From positions 64,674-128,673 of the forward strand of contig CAVTNR010000010.1 of assembly GCA_963736115.1 (NCBI GenBank): a stretch of DNA of 64,000 nt, given 5' to 3'. The notes below the pieces were generated by a model. The model saw nothing but the letters and a program-made list of their open reading frames with translations. It was not told the DNA's origin and searched no databases. The stretch's first letter is position 1; every line of letters starts with the position of its first letter. This stretch comes from an uncultured bacterium. Lineage in GTDB: Bacteria; Zhuqueibacterota; QNDG01; DTFT01. Made by a program: the position numbers and the translations under genes. Shown one piece after another: positions 38,318 to 49,777 of this stretch.

Positions 38318-40258
38318 TTATTTGACCAAGGTCAGTTTTCTGCTGAGTGAAAAGTGATTCCCCTGCAGCCGGCACAGATATATTCCGGCCGGCAGAGAAC
38401 CCGCGTTGAACGACACCGAATACGCGCCCTGCGCCTTGACCTCGTCCACCAGCGTGGCCATCTCTTCGCCCGCCAGATTGAACACTTTCAGTGAAATACG
38501 GCCTTTTTGAGGTACGCTGTACCGGATCGTGGTCGACGGGTTGAAGGGATTCGGATAGTTCGGGTACAGCTGATGAAAGCGCGGTGCCGCGTCGGCCGCC
38601 GGATCGTCGATCGACTGCGGTTTGTCGCCCGCTTCGATCATGACCATCTGAATCGACCGCGGCGGAGACGAAAACTTGATTTCTCCCGCGACCGGATAAG
38701 CATCCGCCGGAATGCCGTACAAATCGTCGTACGGACCCCAATGGTTCTCCGCAGGTCCGAATCCGTTGATGCTCACGTTCGGCGAGAAATCCCCGGTGTC
38801 CGTCCCTCCGGTGAAGGAGTAGACGTAGTATCGGCTTCCGGCTCCGACCGCTGACGCGTCGACGCCGATCGTCTTTTCGGTTGTTCCCTTGTTCACGGTC
38901 ACCAGGCCGGTCTCACCCGAAGCGAACCGGGTTGCGTAGCAGAGCATGTCCTTGTCGGACGAGGCCGCCGGAACCGCATGGTCTCCAGTCATCGTCTGCA
39001 GGTAGGCCAGGGTATAAAAGTCGGCGTGTGGATGATGGGAAAAATCGGCGTCTGATCCGCCGTAGAACATGGTCGTTTCTCCCGACAGCAGAAGCCAGCG
39101 GGCGCCCAGACCGTAATTGTTTTTCATCAGTTCGCAGACGAGAACGACCGCCTGCATCCCATTCACGAACGAGACGGCCCTGTCGACATTGCCGTTGTCG
39201 CTCATATTATACTCGGTCAGCGCGATCGGCTTCGGAGCGGCGTTTCTGCTGACAAAGTCCCGATTTAAAAAATCCCTGCACCTTTTCAGCTCCGTGGAGG
39301 CGAGAGTCAGGATGTCTTTCACGTTGTTCGACGAGCTGAAATAATTGTGGATGACGTAAAAGTCCGCGGAATCCCCTACTTCCCTGAAAAACTCCTCGTT
39401 CCACGTCCAGTCCGGGAAATTCCAGCTGGACGGCCCGTCGATCACGACCTGGCCTCCGATGTAAATCGTGACGCCGATTTCCTCGGCCGCGGATTTCATT
39501 GAATCGACAAAAACCTTGAAATGCTTTCCGTACAGAGCTCCGGTAATGATTTGCGGTTGTCCGTCCCGGTTCAGGGTTGTATCGATCATCCACCCGTATT
39601 CCCAGGGACCGCCGTTTTCGTTCCCGATTTCCCAGAAACGGGTCCGTCCGTCGTCATAACGCACCCAATCCGCTGCCAGATGCGCGGCCTTTGCGACCGG
39701 GTCCGCGCTCGTTCCATAACGCGCGTATCCGTAATTCACGGTGATCAATCCTTCCTCCACCAGGGTGTTCTCGCGGAGCGCGTAATACTGGTCCGTCGTT
39801 GTCTGCCAGCCGCCCTTTCCCGTCTGGCCCCAGAATTTGTTCTTTTTCGCGATTTTCGTCGTTTTGTTGTAGGTGGTGCCGTCATAAATGGAATCCGGCA
39901 CGTCCGTCGGCACTCCGTTCCAGAAGTAACCGTTCGACCAGCTTCCCCCCGGAAACCGGATCAGTGTGGGCGCCAGCAATTCGACGCCTTCCACGAATGC
40001 GCGGTTGGTGTGCGCCCCGGCCCAGGCGGCGATGGCGTTCCCGAATACGTATTCGGATATCGGTCCGATCGTGTCGTTTCCGACGGTCACGATAACCGAT
40101 GCCGCCTCAGTCGGTTTGACCGCGGACACCGCCGGAGGAAGATCCGCTGTTTTGGGCTCGAAGTTCTCCAGAAAGCAATTGGGCTGGCTCTGGCCGTTGA
40201 GGCCGTCAGGGATGAGAATGGACACTCCCAACAGAATGGAACAGACGGTGTTCTTCAT
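38318..40258 (-). CDS. Clan GH-A (beta/alpha)8 glycoside hydrolase, family unassigned, with T9SS C-terminal sorting domain
   Basis: ORF 38318..40300; ATG at 40258 (AAAGGGGAAG upstream) gives MKNTVCSILLGVSILI. Motifs LIRFPGGSWSNGYFWNG, RFWEIGNENGGPWEYGW, IALTEYNM. Tail YPNYPNPFNPSTTIRYSV...GIYLCRLQG...KLTLVK. Confidence 0.75.
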   Translation of the reverse strand: MKNTVCSILLGVSILIPDGLNGQSQPNCFLENFEPKTADLPPAVSAVKPTEAASVIVTVGNDTIGPISEYVFGNAIAAWAGAHTNRAFVEGVELLAPTLIRFPGGSWSNGYFWNGVPTDVPDSIYDGTTYNKTTKIAKKNKFWGQTGKGGWQTTTDQYYALRENTLVEEGLITVNYGYARYGTSADPVAKAAHLAADWVRYDDGRTRFWEIGNENGGPWEYGWMIDTTLNRDGQPQIITGALYGKHFKVFVDSMKSAAEEIGVTIYIGGQVVIDGPSSWNFPDWTWNEEFFREVGDSADFYVIHNYFSSSNNVKDILTLASTELKRCRDFLNRDFVSRNAAPKPIALTEYNMSDNGNVDRAVSFVNGMQAVVLVCELMKNNYGLGARWLLLSGETTMFYGGSDADFSHHPHADFYTLAYLQTMTGDHAVPAASSDKDMLCYATRFASGETGLVTVNKGTTEKTIGVDASAVGAGSRYYVYSFTGGTDTGDFSPNVSINGFGPAENHWGPYDDLYGIPADAYPVAGEIKFSSPPRSIQMVMIEAGDKPQSIDDPAADAAPRFHQLYPNYPNPFNPSTTIRYSVPQKGRISLKVFNLAGEEMATLVDEVKAQGAYSVSFNAGSLPAGIYLCRLQGNHFSLSRKLTLVK

Positions 40259-40315
40259 AATCTTCCCCTTTTCGGTGACTACCGCTTCCTCATTCTTCAT
40301 GCCGCGGGTTTACCC

Positions 40316-41905
40316 CTACTGTCTTTTCAGGACAATCAGAAATACGTCGTTCTCTCTGATCGGCAGTGTGCGCTCGAAACTGTTTTTGTTCCCGATAAGG
40401 ATCGTTTCACTGGAGATGGGGGAACCGTCATTGATCGTTATTATTTTCCGCACCTGCTCTTTTGTCAGCTGACCGGGCCTTCCTATATCGAAATACGTCG
40501 TATAGGGATCGTTCGCCCGATAACCGACCTTGAAGGTTTCAAGATTGTACGTTCCCGCGGGAATGTGGGTCATTCGTATCCGCACGTCTCCCTTGTCTCG
40601 AGCCGGCAAATCGCGGATGTAGTATTCCTGGTTGTTGACGGAATCCTCCGGAAGGGTCACGGTAAAATCCCAGAGCAGAACCTGAACGCCTCCCTGGTCA
40701 TCCTTGCACGCCCAGGAGCAGGAATCGGCGTTCATCAATTCCGTATTTCCGAGGCGGTTCATGAACTGGTACGAATAGAAAGCGGGTTTACGGATGGACT
40801 GATAATTGATGAGACCAAAGCCGCCGTGAAACGGCGTGAAGCGCGGTCCGGGTTCCTCGAATATGTCCGTGAACACCCAGTACGACATCGATTGCGCCGC
40901 GTCTCCAACCCGTTTGATTTTGTCCAGAATGTACGCGGCCTCATGATAACTGTCGTGTATCGGATCGGCGGGCGTGTAGGAAGAGCTCCATTCCGTGTAA
41001 TGGAGCTCGAGACCGGGCATGGCCGAACCATCGATTTCCTTCCGGGAATTCAGGACATCGCCGCTCAGACTCATCGGATTCCGATCCAGAACCGTTCCCG
41101 TATTTCCGAATTCGTCGAGATACCCCTGTTTGACGCCGTAGGCATGGGTGCTGATGAAATCCAGCGGAAGATTGTTCTTACGGCAGAAATCGATCAATTC
41201 GACTTCCCACGCGGCGCCCGCGGTGGCGGGACCGCCGACGCGGTATTCCGGGTTGACGCTTTTAACGGCAATTGCGGAATATCGGTATAATTTGAAATAC
41301 TCCTCCTGCGTGCCCGCCCAGAAGCCGTCCAGGTTCGGTTCGTTCCACACCTCAAAATACCAGGTCTTGACCTCGTCGGCGCCGTAGCGTTCCGTGAAAT
41401 GCTCCGTCAGATTGCGGATCAGCGCCTCCCATTTCGAATAGTCCTTGGGAGGAGTGACATTCCCCCTCCACCAGAATATCGTCTTTCTGCCGCTGGCCAT
41501 GGCTTCGGGCATGAACCCCAGTTCGACAAACGGCTTCATGCCGATGCTGACGATATAATCGGTTAACTCGTCGATGTATTGATAATTATATTCCGGATTT
41601 CCATGCTTGTCCTCACGATAAACCCCCATGTCATCGGTCAGCAGTCCGTGCATCCGGATGAATTTGAACCCGCACTCCTTCCGGACTTCGGCCAACTGCC
41701 GCTGCCAGTCGGCCCGCAGTCCTTCGTTGGCCCTGCCCGCGCCCACGCATTCCCTGAACATCGTATTCATGGGGCCCTTGATCCGGTCATAGTCGAGTCG
41801 TATCGTCCGTTCCGTCGGGGAGGATTGCGCGTTCGCGTCCGCCGGCCGGCAAACGGCCGGGATGACCGTCAACAGCGCGAGCATTATCCATTTAATTCGC
41901 ATCAT
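40316..41905 (-). CDS. GH39 beta-xylosidase-type glycoside hydrolase, secreted
   Basis: ORF 40316..41923; the ATG at 41905 is preceded by GGAAAGGAA. Motifs FKFIRMHGLLTDDMGVY, KTWYFEVWNEPNLDGFW, ELHYTEWSSSY. Confidence 0.85.
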   Translation of the reverse strand: MMRIKWIMLALLTVIPAVCRPADANAQSSPTERTIRLDYDRIKGPMNTMFRECVGAGRANEGLRADWQRQLAEVRKECGFKFIRMHGLLTDDMGVYREDKHGNPEYNYQYIDELTDYIVSIGMKPFVELGFMPEAMASGRKTIFWWRGNVTPPKDYSKWEALIRNLTEHFTERYGADEVKTWYFEVWNEPNLDGFWAGTQEEYFKLYRYSAIAVKSVNPEYRVGGPATAGAAWEVELIDFCRKNNLPLDFISTHAYGVKQGYLDEFGNTGTVLDRNPMSLSGDVLNSRKEIDGSAMPGLELHYTEWSSSYTPADPIHDSYHEAAYILDKIKRVGDAAQSMSYWVFTDIFEEPGPRFTPFHGGFGLINYQSIRKPAFYSYQFMNRLGNTELMNADSCSWACKDDQGGVQVLLWDFTVTLPEDSVNNQEYYIRDLPARDKGDVRIRMTHIPAGTYNLETFKVGYRANDPYTTYFDIGRPGQLTKEQVRKIITINDGSPISSETILIGNKNSFERTLPIRENDVFLIVLKRQ

Positions 41906-41938
41906 AATCGGGTTCCTTTCCATAAAATTGCGAGCCGA

Positions 41939-41971
41939 ATTGAAGGCTCCCGCCGCCCCGCTGCGCCGCGG
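41939..41971 (+). repeat. Intergenic repeat family, partial copy 5
   Basis: ATTGAAGGCTCCCGCCGCCCCGCTGCGCCGCGG fills most of the 55-nt gap between the GH127 stop and the GH39 start. It matches the 5' half of copy 1. Confidence 0.5.
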
Positions 41972-41978
41972 TTTATGA

Positions 41979-44369
41979 TCAATGACCGGACTGGAGCAGC
42001 CTGACCGCGTACACGGCGCCTGCCGTCGATCCGGGAGACGCCTGGAATTTCACCCGGACATGCGTTTTCCCCAAAACCATGGAGTCTGGGATGGAATAAA
42101 CGCAATCCCTGAACAACGACTGGTTCCATCTGCCCGTATTATCCTCGGCCACCAATGGCGCGTCGTCTATGAGGATGTCGAACTTCCGGCTGCCCCATTC
42201 CGCTCCCCAGTACCGCACCAGCAAAGTCAAACCGGTTTCCGAACGCGTCGCCAGATCGTAGCTGAAGAAACCGCCGTCCGCCGCATCGCGCCAGAATTCA
42301 TTCAGATTGTTTCCCGTCCGCGACTTCTCCTTACGCATGGCATGGTCCGTTTCCGGCTGCTGTTCGCCCGCCGCGACATAATCGATGGTGCGTTTTTCCA
42401 GCGCCAGTTTTTCCGCCTCGATCCGCGCCAGAGAATCCAGGTAGGTTTTATAACCGGCAGGAGTCAGAGCCAGCCAGTACAGCATATACCGGGAGTCATG
42501 AATCCCGTAAAACGGCTCCAATTCCAGGTCCATCGGATTGATCATGTTGACGTTCAGCTTGAAGTGCAGGGGCTTGTCCTGCACCGGCGCCAGCCGATCC
42601 GCGATATTCCGGATGTCCTCTTCGATCAGAATCGGCGCCTGATCCACGGCTAGGAGTTCACCAGCCGCGTACTGCGCCCAGCGGCCGTCATCGGCAATGA
42701 GGCCCTTCAAATCCTCGGTTCCGGTCCTTGCGCCGAGCACGATCGGCCCGTGCATGAATGCGATATACTCCGGAACATGGGGCAGGGGTTCCACGCGATT
42801 GCGCATGGGAAGTTCGATCTGAACCGTGTCTCCTTTTTTCCACTTCCTGCGTATGCCGACATAGGACGACGGAATGGATTCGAATGCCCATTCCTTTCCA
42901 TTCACCGTCACTTTCAAGGCGGCTTCAGCCACCCAGCCGGGATACCGGACCGCCAGCGTGAAACGGGATGAACCTTCCATGACCGTGAGTTTCGTCCTTT
43001 CCTCGTACGGGAACCGGGTCTCCTGCCTGATTTTCAGCCCCTTTTCCTTCCAGAGGAGTTCAGACGCGATAAACAGGTTCACAAACAGGGAGTCCTGCGA
43101 TCGGGTGTAGATGAAGCGGTTGGCCTGGCCGTGGTTCTCCATGCCTGTGCCGACACAGCACCACATGGCCTCATTCGGCGCGGAATAAACCCTGTAATGA
43201 CGGGGCCGGCCGGGCGTAAAATAGACGTATCCGCCGTGTTCCGGGTGCTGGGTCGACAGGATATGATTGAACAATGTCCTCTCGTAATAATCCGCGTAAT
43301 GGGCGGACGGACGCGACCGGAACAGATGCTCCGTCAATTTTAGCATATTGTATGAATTGCACGATTCCGGGCCGTCCACCACATTGACGAAATCGACACA
43401 GGCGTCATTGGCGGGAAAGTGCTCCCTTCTGCTGTTGCCCCCGAAGGCCAGCGACCGGTTCGCCGTGACCGTTTCCCAGAAAAAACGGGCGGCCCTGCCG
43501 AATCGGACGTCCGGGTCGAGTTCCGCGATTCTCTCGAAACCCGTGAACTTGGGGATTTGCGTGTTGGCATGCTTGTTGTCCAGATTGTCGATTCCCTCCG
43601 ACAGGGGATCGAGAAGCGCGCGGTGCGAGAACCGCTTCGCCGCGGCCAGGTATTTGGGGTCGCTGGTCATCTGAAATGCATCCGCGAACATTTCGTTCAT
43701 GCCGCCGTGCTCCACGCCGAGCATCCGCTCCATCTGATCGTCGGACAACGCCGAAGTGAGATGGATGCCCCAGCCACAGAACTGTAAAAACATGGCTTTT
43801 GCTTCTTCGTTTCCGCAATAGAGCCAGGCATCCCTCAAACCCGCGAACATCTTGTGCAGGTTGTAAAAGGGCGCCCATGACGAGTAATAAACGCTGAAAT
43901 CTCCATTCTTGAAGGTGGACCACAGCTTTTCGCTGTTCGGGAAACCGCCCGCGTACCCGGTTCCCCAGTCCGCGTGATTCGCGGTATGGGCGTCCTGGCA
44001 CACCTTGAGTTCCGAAAGCATATAGTACATGCGTTTTCCGCATTCCGCGTTGCCGGTGGCCGCGAAATTCATGGCCATGGCGGAGAGGTAATGTCCGGCC
44101 ACATGCCCGTCCAGGCCGTCCCAGTTGGGATAACATTCGGCCTTTTTGGGCAATCCGGCTTCCTTTCGATAGGGCGCCAGCAGGCGGTCTACATCGTATT
44201 GGAGCAGGACCTCGATGTTCAGGTCGCTGGCCTGCTTGAAGGGCCCGTCCAGAAGCGATACATCCCCCAGCGGGAATTCATTGGGATACAGCCGGGTCTG
44301 CGCGTTCAATCCGAACTGCGCCAGAAGAAACCAGTGAAATGCCATGACGGCGATGGTTCTGTGTTTCAT
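41979..44369 (-). CDS. GH127-family (DUF1680) beta-L-arabinofuranosidase-type hydrolase, secreted
   Basis: ORF 41979..44396; ATG at 44369 follows GAGGAGA. Motifs DGLDGHVAGHYLSAMA, WAPFYNLHKMFAGLRDAW, GVEHGGMNEMFAD, EAMWCCVGTGMENH (Cys cluster). Confidence 0.8.
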   Translation of the reverse strand: MKHRTIAVMAFHWFLLAQFGLNAQTRLYPNEFPLGDVSLLDGPFKQASDLNIEVLLQYDVDRLLAPYRKEAGLPKKAECYPNWDGLDGHVAGHYLSAMAMNFAATGNAECGKRMYYMLSELKVCQDAHTANHADWGTGYAGGFPNSEKLWSTFKNGDFSVYYSSWAPFYNLHKMFAGLRDAWLYCGNEEAKAMFLQFCGWGIHLTSALSDDQMERMLGVEHGGMNEMFADAFQMTSDPKYLAAAKRFSHRALLDPLSEGIDNLDNKHANTQIPKFTGFERIAELDPDVRFGRAARFFWETVTANRSLAFGGNSRREHFPANDACVDFVNVVDGPESCNSYNMLKLTEHLFRSRPSAHYADYYERTLFNHILSTQHPEHGGYVYFTPGRPRHYRVYSAPNEAMWCCVGTGMENHGQANRFIYTRSQDSLFVNLFIASELLWKEKGLKIRQETRFPYEERTKLTVMEGSSRFTLAVRYPGWVAEAALKVTVNGKEWAFESIPSSYVGIRRKWKKGDTVQIELPMRNRVEPLPHVPEYIAFMHGPIVLGARTGTEDLKGLIADDGRWAQYAAGELLAVDQAPILIEEDIRNIADRLAPVQDKPLHFKLNVNMINPMDLELEPFYGIHDSRYMLYWLALTPAGYKTYLDSLARIEAEKLALEKRTIDYVAAGEQQPETDHAMRKEKSRTGNNLNEFWRDAADGGFFSYDLATRSETGLTLLVRYWGAEWGSRKFDILIDDAPLVAEDNTGRWNQSLFRDCVYSIPDSMVLGKTHVRVKFQASPGSTAGAVYAVRLLQSGH

Positions 44370-44426
44370 GTCGGTCTCCTCATATAGACGGCTCATCCGC
44401 CCGTCAAATCACCGAACTTCAATCCG

Positions 44427-46475
44427 CTACCGAATCATCTCGATAAACTCGGGTTCATGCGGCGGGATCATGAAATGATCGGAAACCGCCCTGTCGAAGA
44501 GTAGGCTTCTGGCCGGCGCAGGCATTCGAATTTCCTTCGGCTCGGCCGTGCAATTCAGGTACAAAACATGTTTGGCGTCGATACGCCTGGCCATGACGCC
44601 CGCGGGCGTGTCCGGCCCTTTTTTAAGCGAAAGCGCTTCGATCAAATCGTCCAGCAGGGGGCTCAGGATCTCGCCTCTCGCGGGCAGTCCGAGATAGACA
44701 GCCCTGCCCTTGCCGTACCGGTGGGATGTGATCACCGGGACATCCTGATCCAGACTGGTGATATGCCCGATGACTTCCGCGCCTTTCGGTTCGATGACGT
44801 CGACCCTCGGCGATTCGGATTCCAGATCCTCTCCCCGGTAACGCACCCGGATCTTCTTTCCTTTATAGGAGAGCCGTGAAAGTTCGTTCATGCTCTCGAC
44901 CTCTTCGAATGCCCCGATCCGCACGCCGAAGACATCCTCCAGGAGTCCGGGACGGGAAGAGGCAAACACGCGGCTGGTCGTATCCACGAACGCCGAGTAA
45001 GCGGTCATGACCGCGGTTCCGCCCTTTTTCACGAAATCGCGGATTTTTCCCGCGGTTTCAGGGTCCATGACGGTGACGCCGGGAATGATCAGCAGTTTGT
45101 AGTCCAGATCGCTCCTGCGGATGTCCACCATCCGGACGTCCATGTTGCGCTCGTAAAACTGCCGGAAGCAGGTTCCCGCCTGGCTCTCATGCGGTTCCGG
45201 AAAGGAAGCGCTGACGATCTGGCTCGGAAACGAAAACGCCAGACCCGCCTCCGGACGCGGTTTGTACGGTAAAAACTTTTCGATCTTCTTGAATTCCTCT
45301 GCGATCTTCCGGTACTCATCGTATTTGCGGTTCGGGATGCCGTCCCAGTCGACCAGTCCCTGCAGGTACTGTTCCTCTCCGCTGAGCATGCTTTGCCAGG
45401 TCCATCCGCAGACCATCTGGTTGCCGAACATCAGGGAGGCGAACGCCTGCTTCCGGCAGGATCCTGGAACCGCGGTCATGGTCGTGAATTCATTGCACCA
45501 GAAGGGATTTTCGCTCTCGTACTGTATGCGGACGATGCCGAAAGACGCCCAAAGGATCCCCTCGTTGTTGAGCAGGGACGTGCCTGCGTAGAATCCGTTT
45601 CCCTCCCGGGTCATCAGGCCTGAATAGGCGATGGGCGCATAGTCGAAATATTTCATCTGGCTGTAATACCAGGCATTCGTGGTGATCAGGGCGCCGGGCG
45701 CCTCCGCGTTCACCTTGCGGATGACGCTGAAAAGCAGTTGGTTGATTTCATCCGAAACGAATCGCCTGAAATCGAGCATCCGTTCGGGGACGTCGTTGTA
45801 ATGGGCGGACACCGGGAAACCGACTTCCTCGAACTCGTTGATGCGTCTGGACCATCGCTGGGTCGCCCAGGCTTCGTTCAAACGCCCGACCGTGGCGTAT
45901 TTCCGCTTCAGCCAGCCGATGAATCGCTGCCGGGCTGTTTCGGAATAGGAAATGCGGCCGTCGCCCGATTCGTTGTCGATTCCGAAGGCCAGCAGTGCCG
46001 GATGCCCGGCGTAGCGTCTCGCGATCGTTTCGGCGAAACGCAGGGCGTATCGCTGATAATCCGGATCCCCGACATCCTCCATGTACCTGTGATTCGGGTA
46101 CTGCGGGTCGCCGTTCGAGTCCACAATGCCGATGGAGGGATATCGGTGATGCAGCCAGATCGGGGCCGGCCGTATGGCGATGTCCAGAACAACCTTGATT
46201 CCGGCCTCGTTCATCCGGTCCATCACCTGATCGAACCATTCGAAGTCGAACCGCCCCTCGGACGGCTCGACACTGTCCCAAGCCAGGTGTCCCATGCGGA
46301 CGACCTTGAATCCGGCCTCCCGCATGAGTTGAATGTCGGCCGCGATTTTGACGGGATCCTTGTCGTCGTGCGGGTGATAATTGACGCCGACGTACAGTTC
46401 CTGGCCGCTCAGCCGGGAGCCGGTCAGGAACAGGATCGCCGCTGAAAACAGAACGTGCCGCATCCGGTTCTTCAA
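44427..46475 (-). CDS. GH42 beta-galactosidase with a signal peptide
   Basis: TTG start at 46475, 6 nt after GGAGG. Motifs GVNYHPHD, VRMGHLAWDSVEPSEGRFDFEWFD, LAFGIDNESG. Confidence 0.85.
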   Translation of the reverse strand: MKNRMRHVLFSAAILFLTGSRLSGQELYVGVNYHPHDDKDPVKIAADIQLMREAGFKVVRMGHLAWDSVEPSEGRFDFEWFDQVMDRMNEAGIKVVLDIAIRPAPIWLHHRYPSIGIVDSNGDPQYPNHRYMEDVGDPDYQRYALRFAETIARRYAGHPALLAFGIDNESGDGRISYSETARQRFIGWLKRKYATVGRLNEAWATQRWSRRINEFEEVGFPVSAHYNDVPERMLDFRRFVSDEINQLLFSVIRKVNAEAPGALITTNAWYYSQMKYFDYAPIAYSGLMTREGNGFYAGTSLLNNEGILWASFGIVRIQYESENPFWCNEFTTMTAVPGSCRKQAFASLMFGNQMVCGWTWQSMLSGEEQYLQGLVDWDGIPNRKYDEYRKIAEEFKKIEKFLPYKPRPEAGLAFSFPSQIVSASFPEPHESQAGTCFRQFYERNMDVRMVDIRRSDLDYKLLIIPGVTVMDPETAGKIRDFVKKGGTAVMTAYSAFVDTTSRVFASSRPGLLEDVFGVRIGAFEEVESMNELSRLSYKGKKIRVRYRGEDLESESPRVDVIEPKGAEVIGHITSLDQDVPVITSHRYGKGRAVYLGLPARGEILSPLLDDLIEALSLKKGPDTPAGVMARRIDAKHVLYLNCTAEPKEIRMPAPARSLLFDRAVSDHFMIPPHEPEFIEMIR

Positions 46476-46495
46476 TCTGAACCTCCTCTGTTCCG

Positions 46496-49708
<3,213 letters not shown>

Positions 49709-49777
49709 TCATTCTGCCGGAATCCAACTCACCGCCGTCCCATTATCAGAATCCGGGATGACGCACCGGCGGAATGT

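Noticed and set aside
38295-38741. 149-codon N-terminal extension of the GH2 ORF 35445..38741
   Set aside because: It overlaps the 3' end of the upstream GH-A gene in another frame and its sequence is R/G-rich junk. The ATG at 38294 gives a clean signal peptide just after the upstream stop at 38318.
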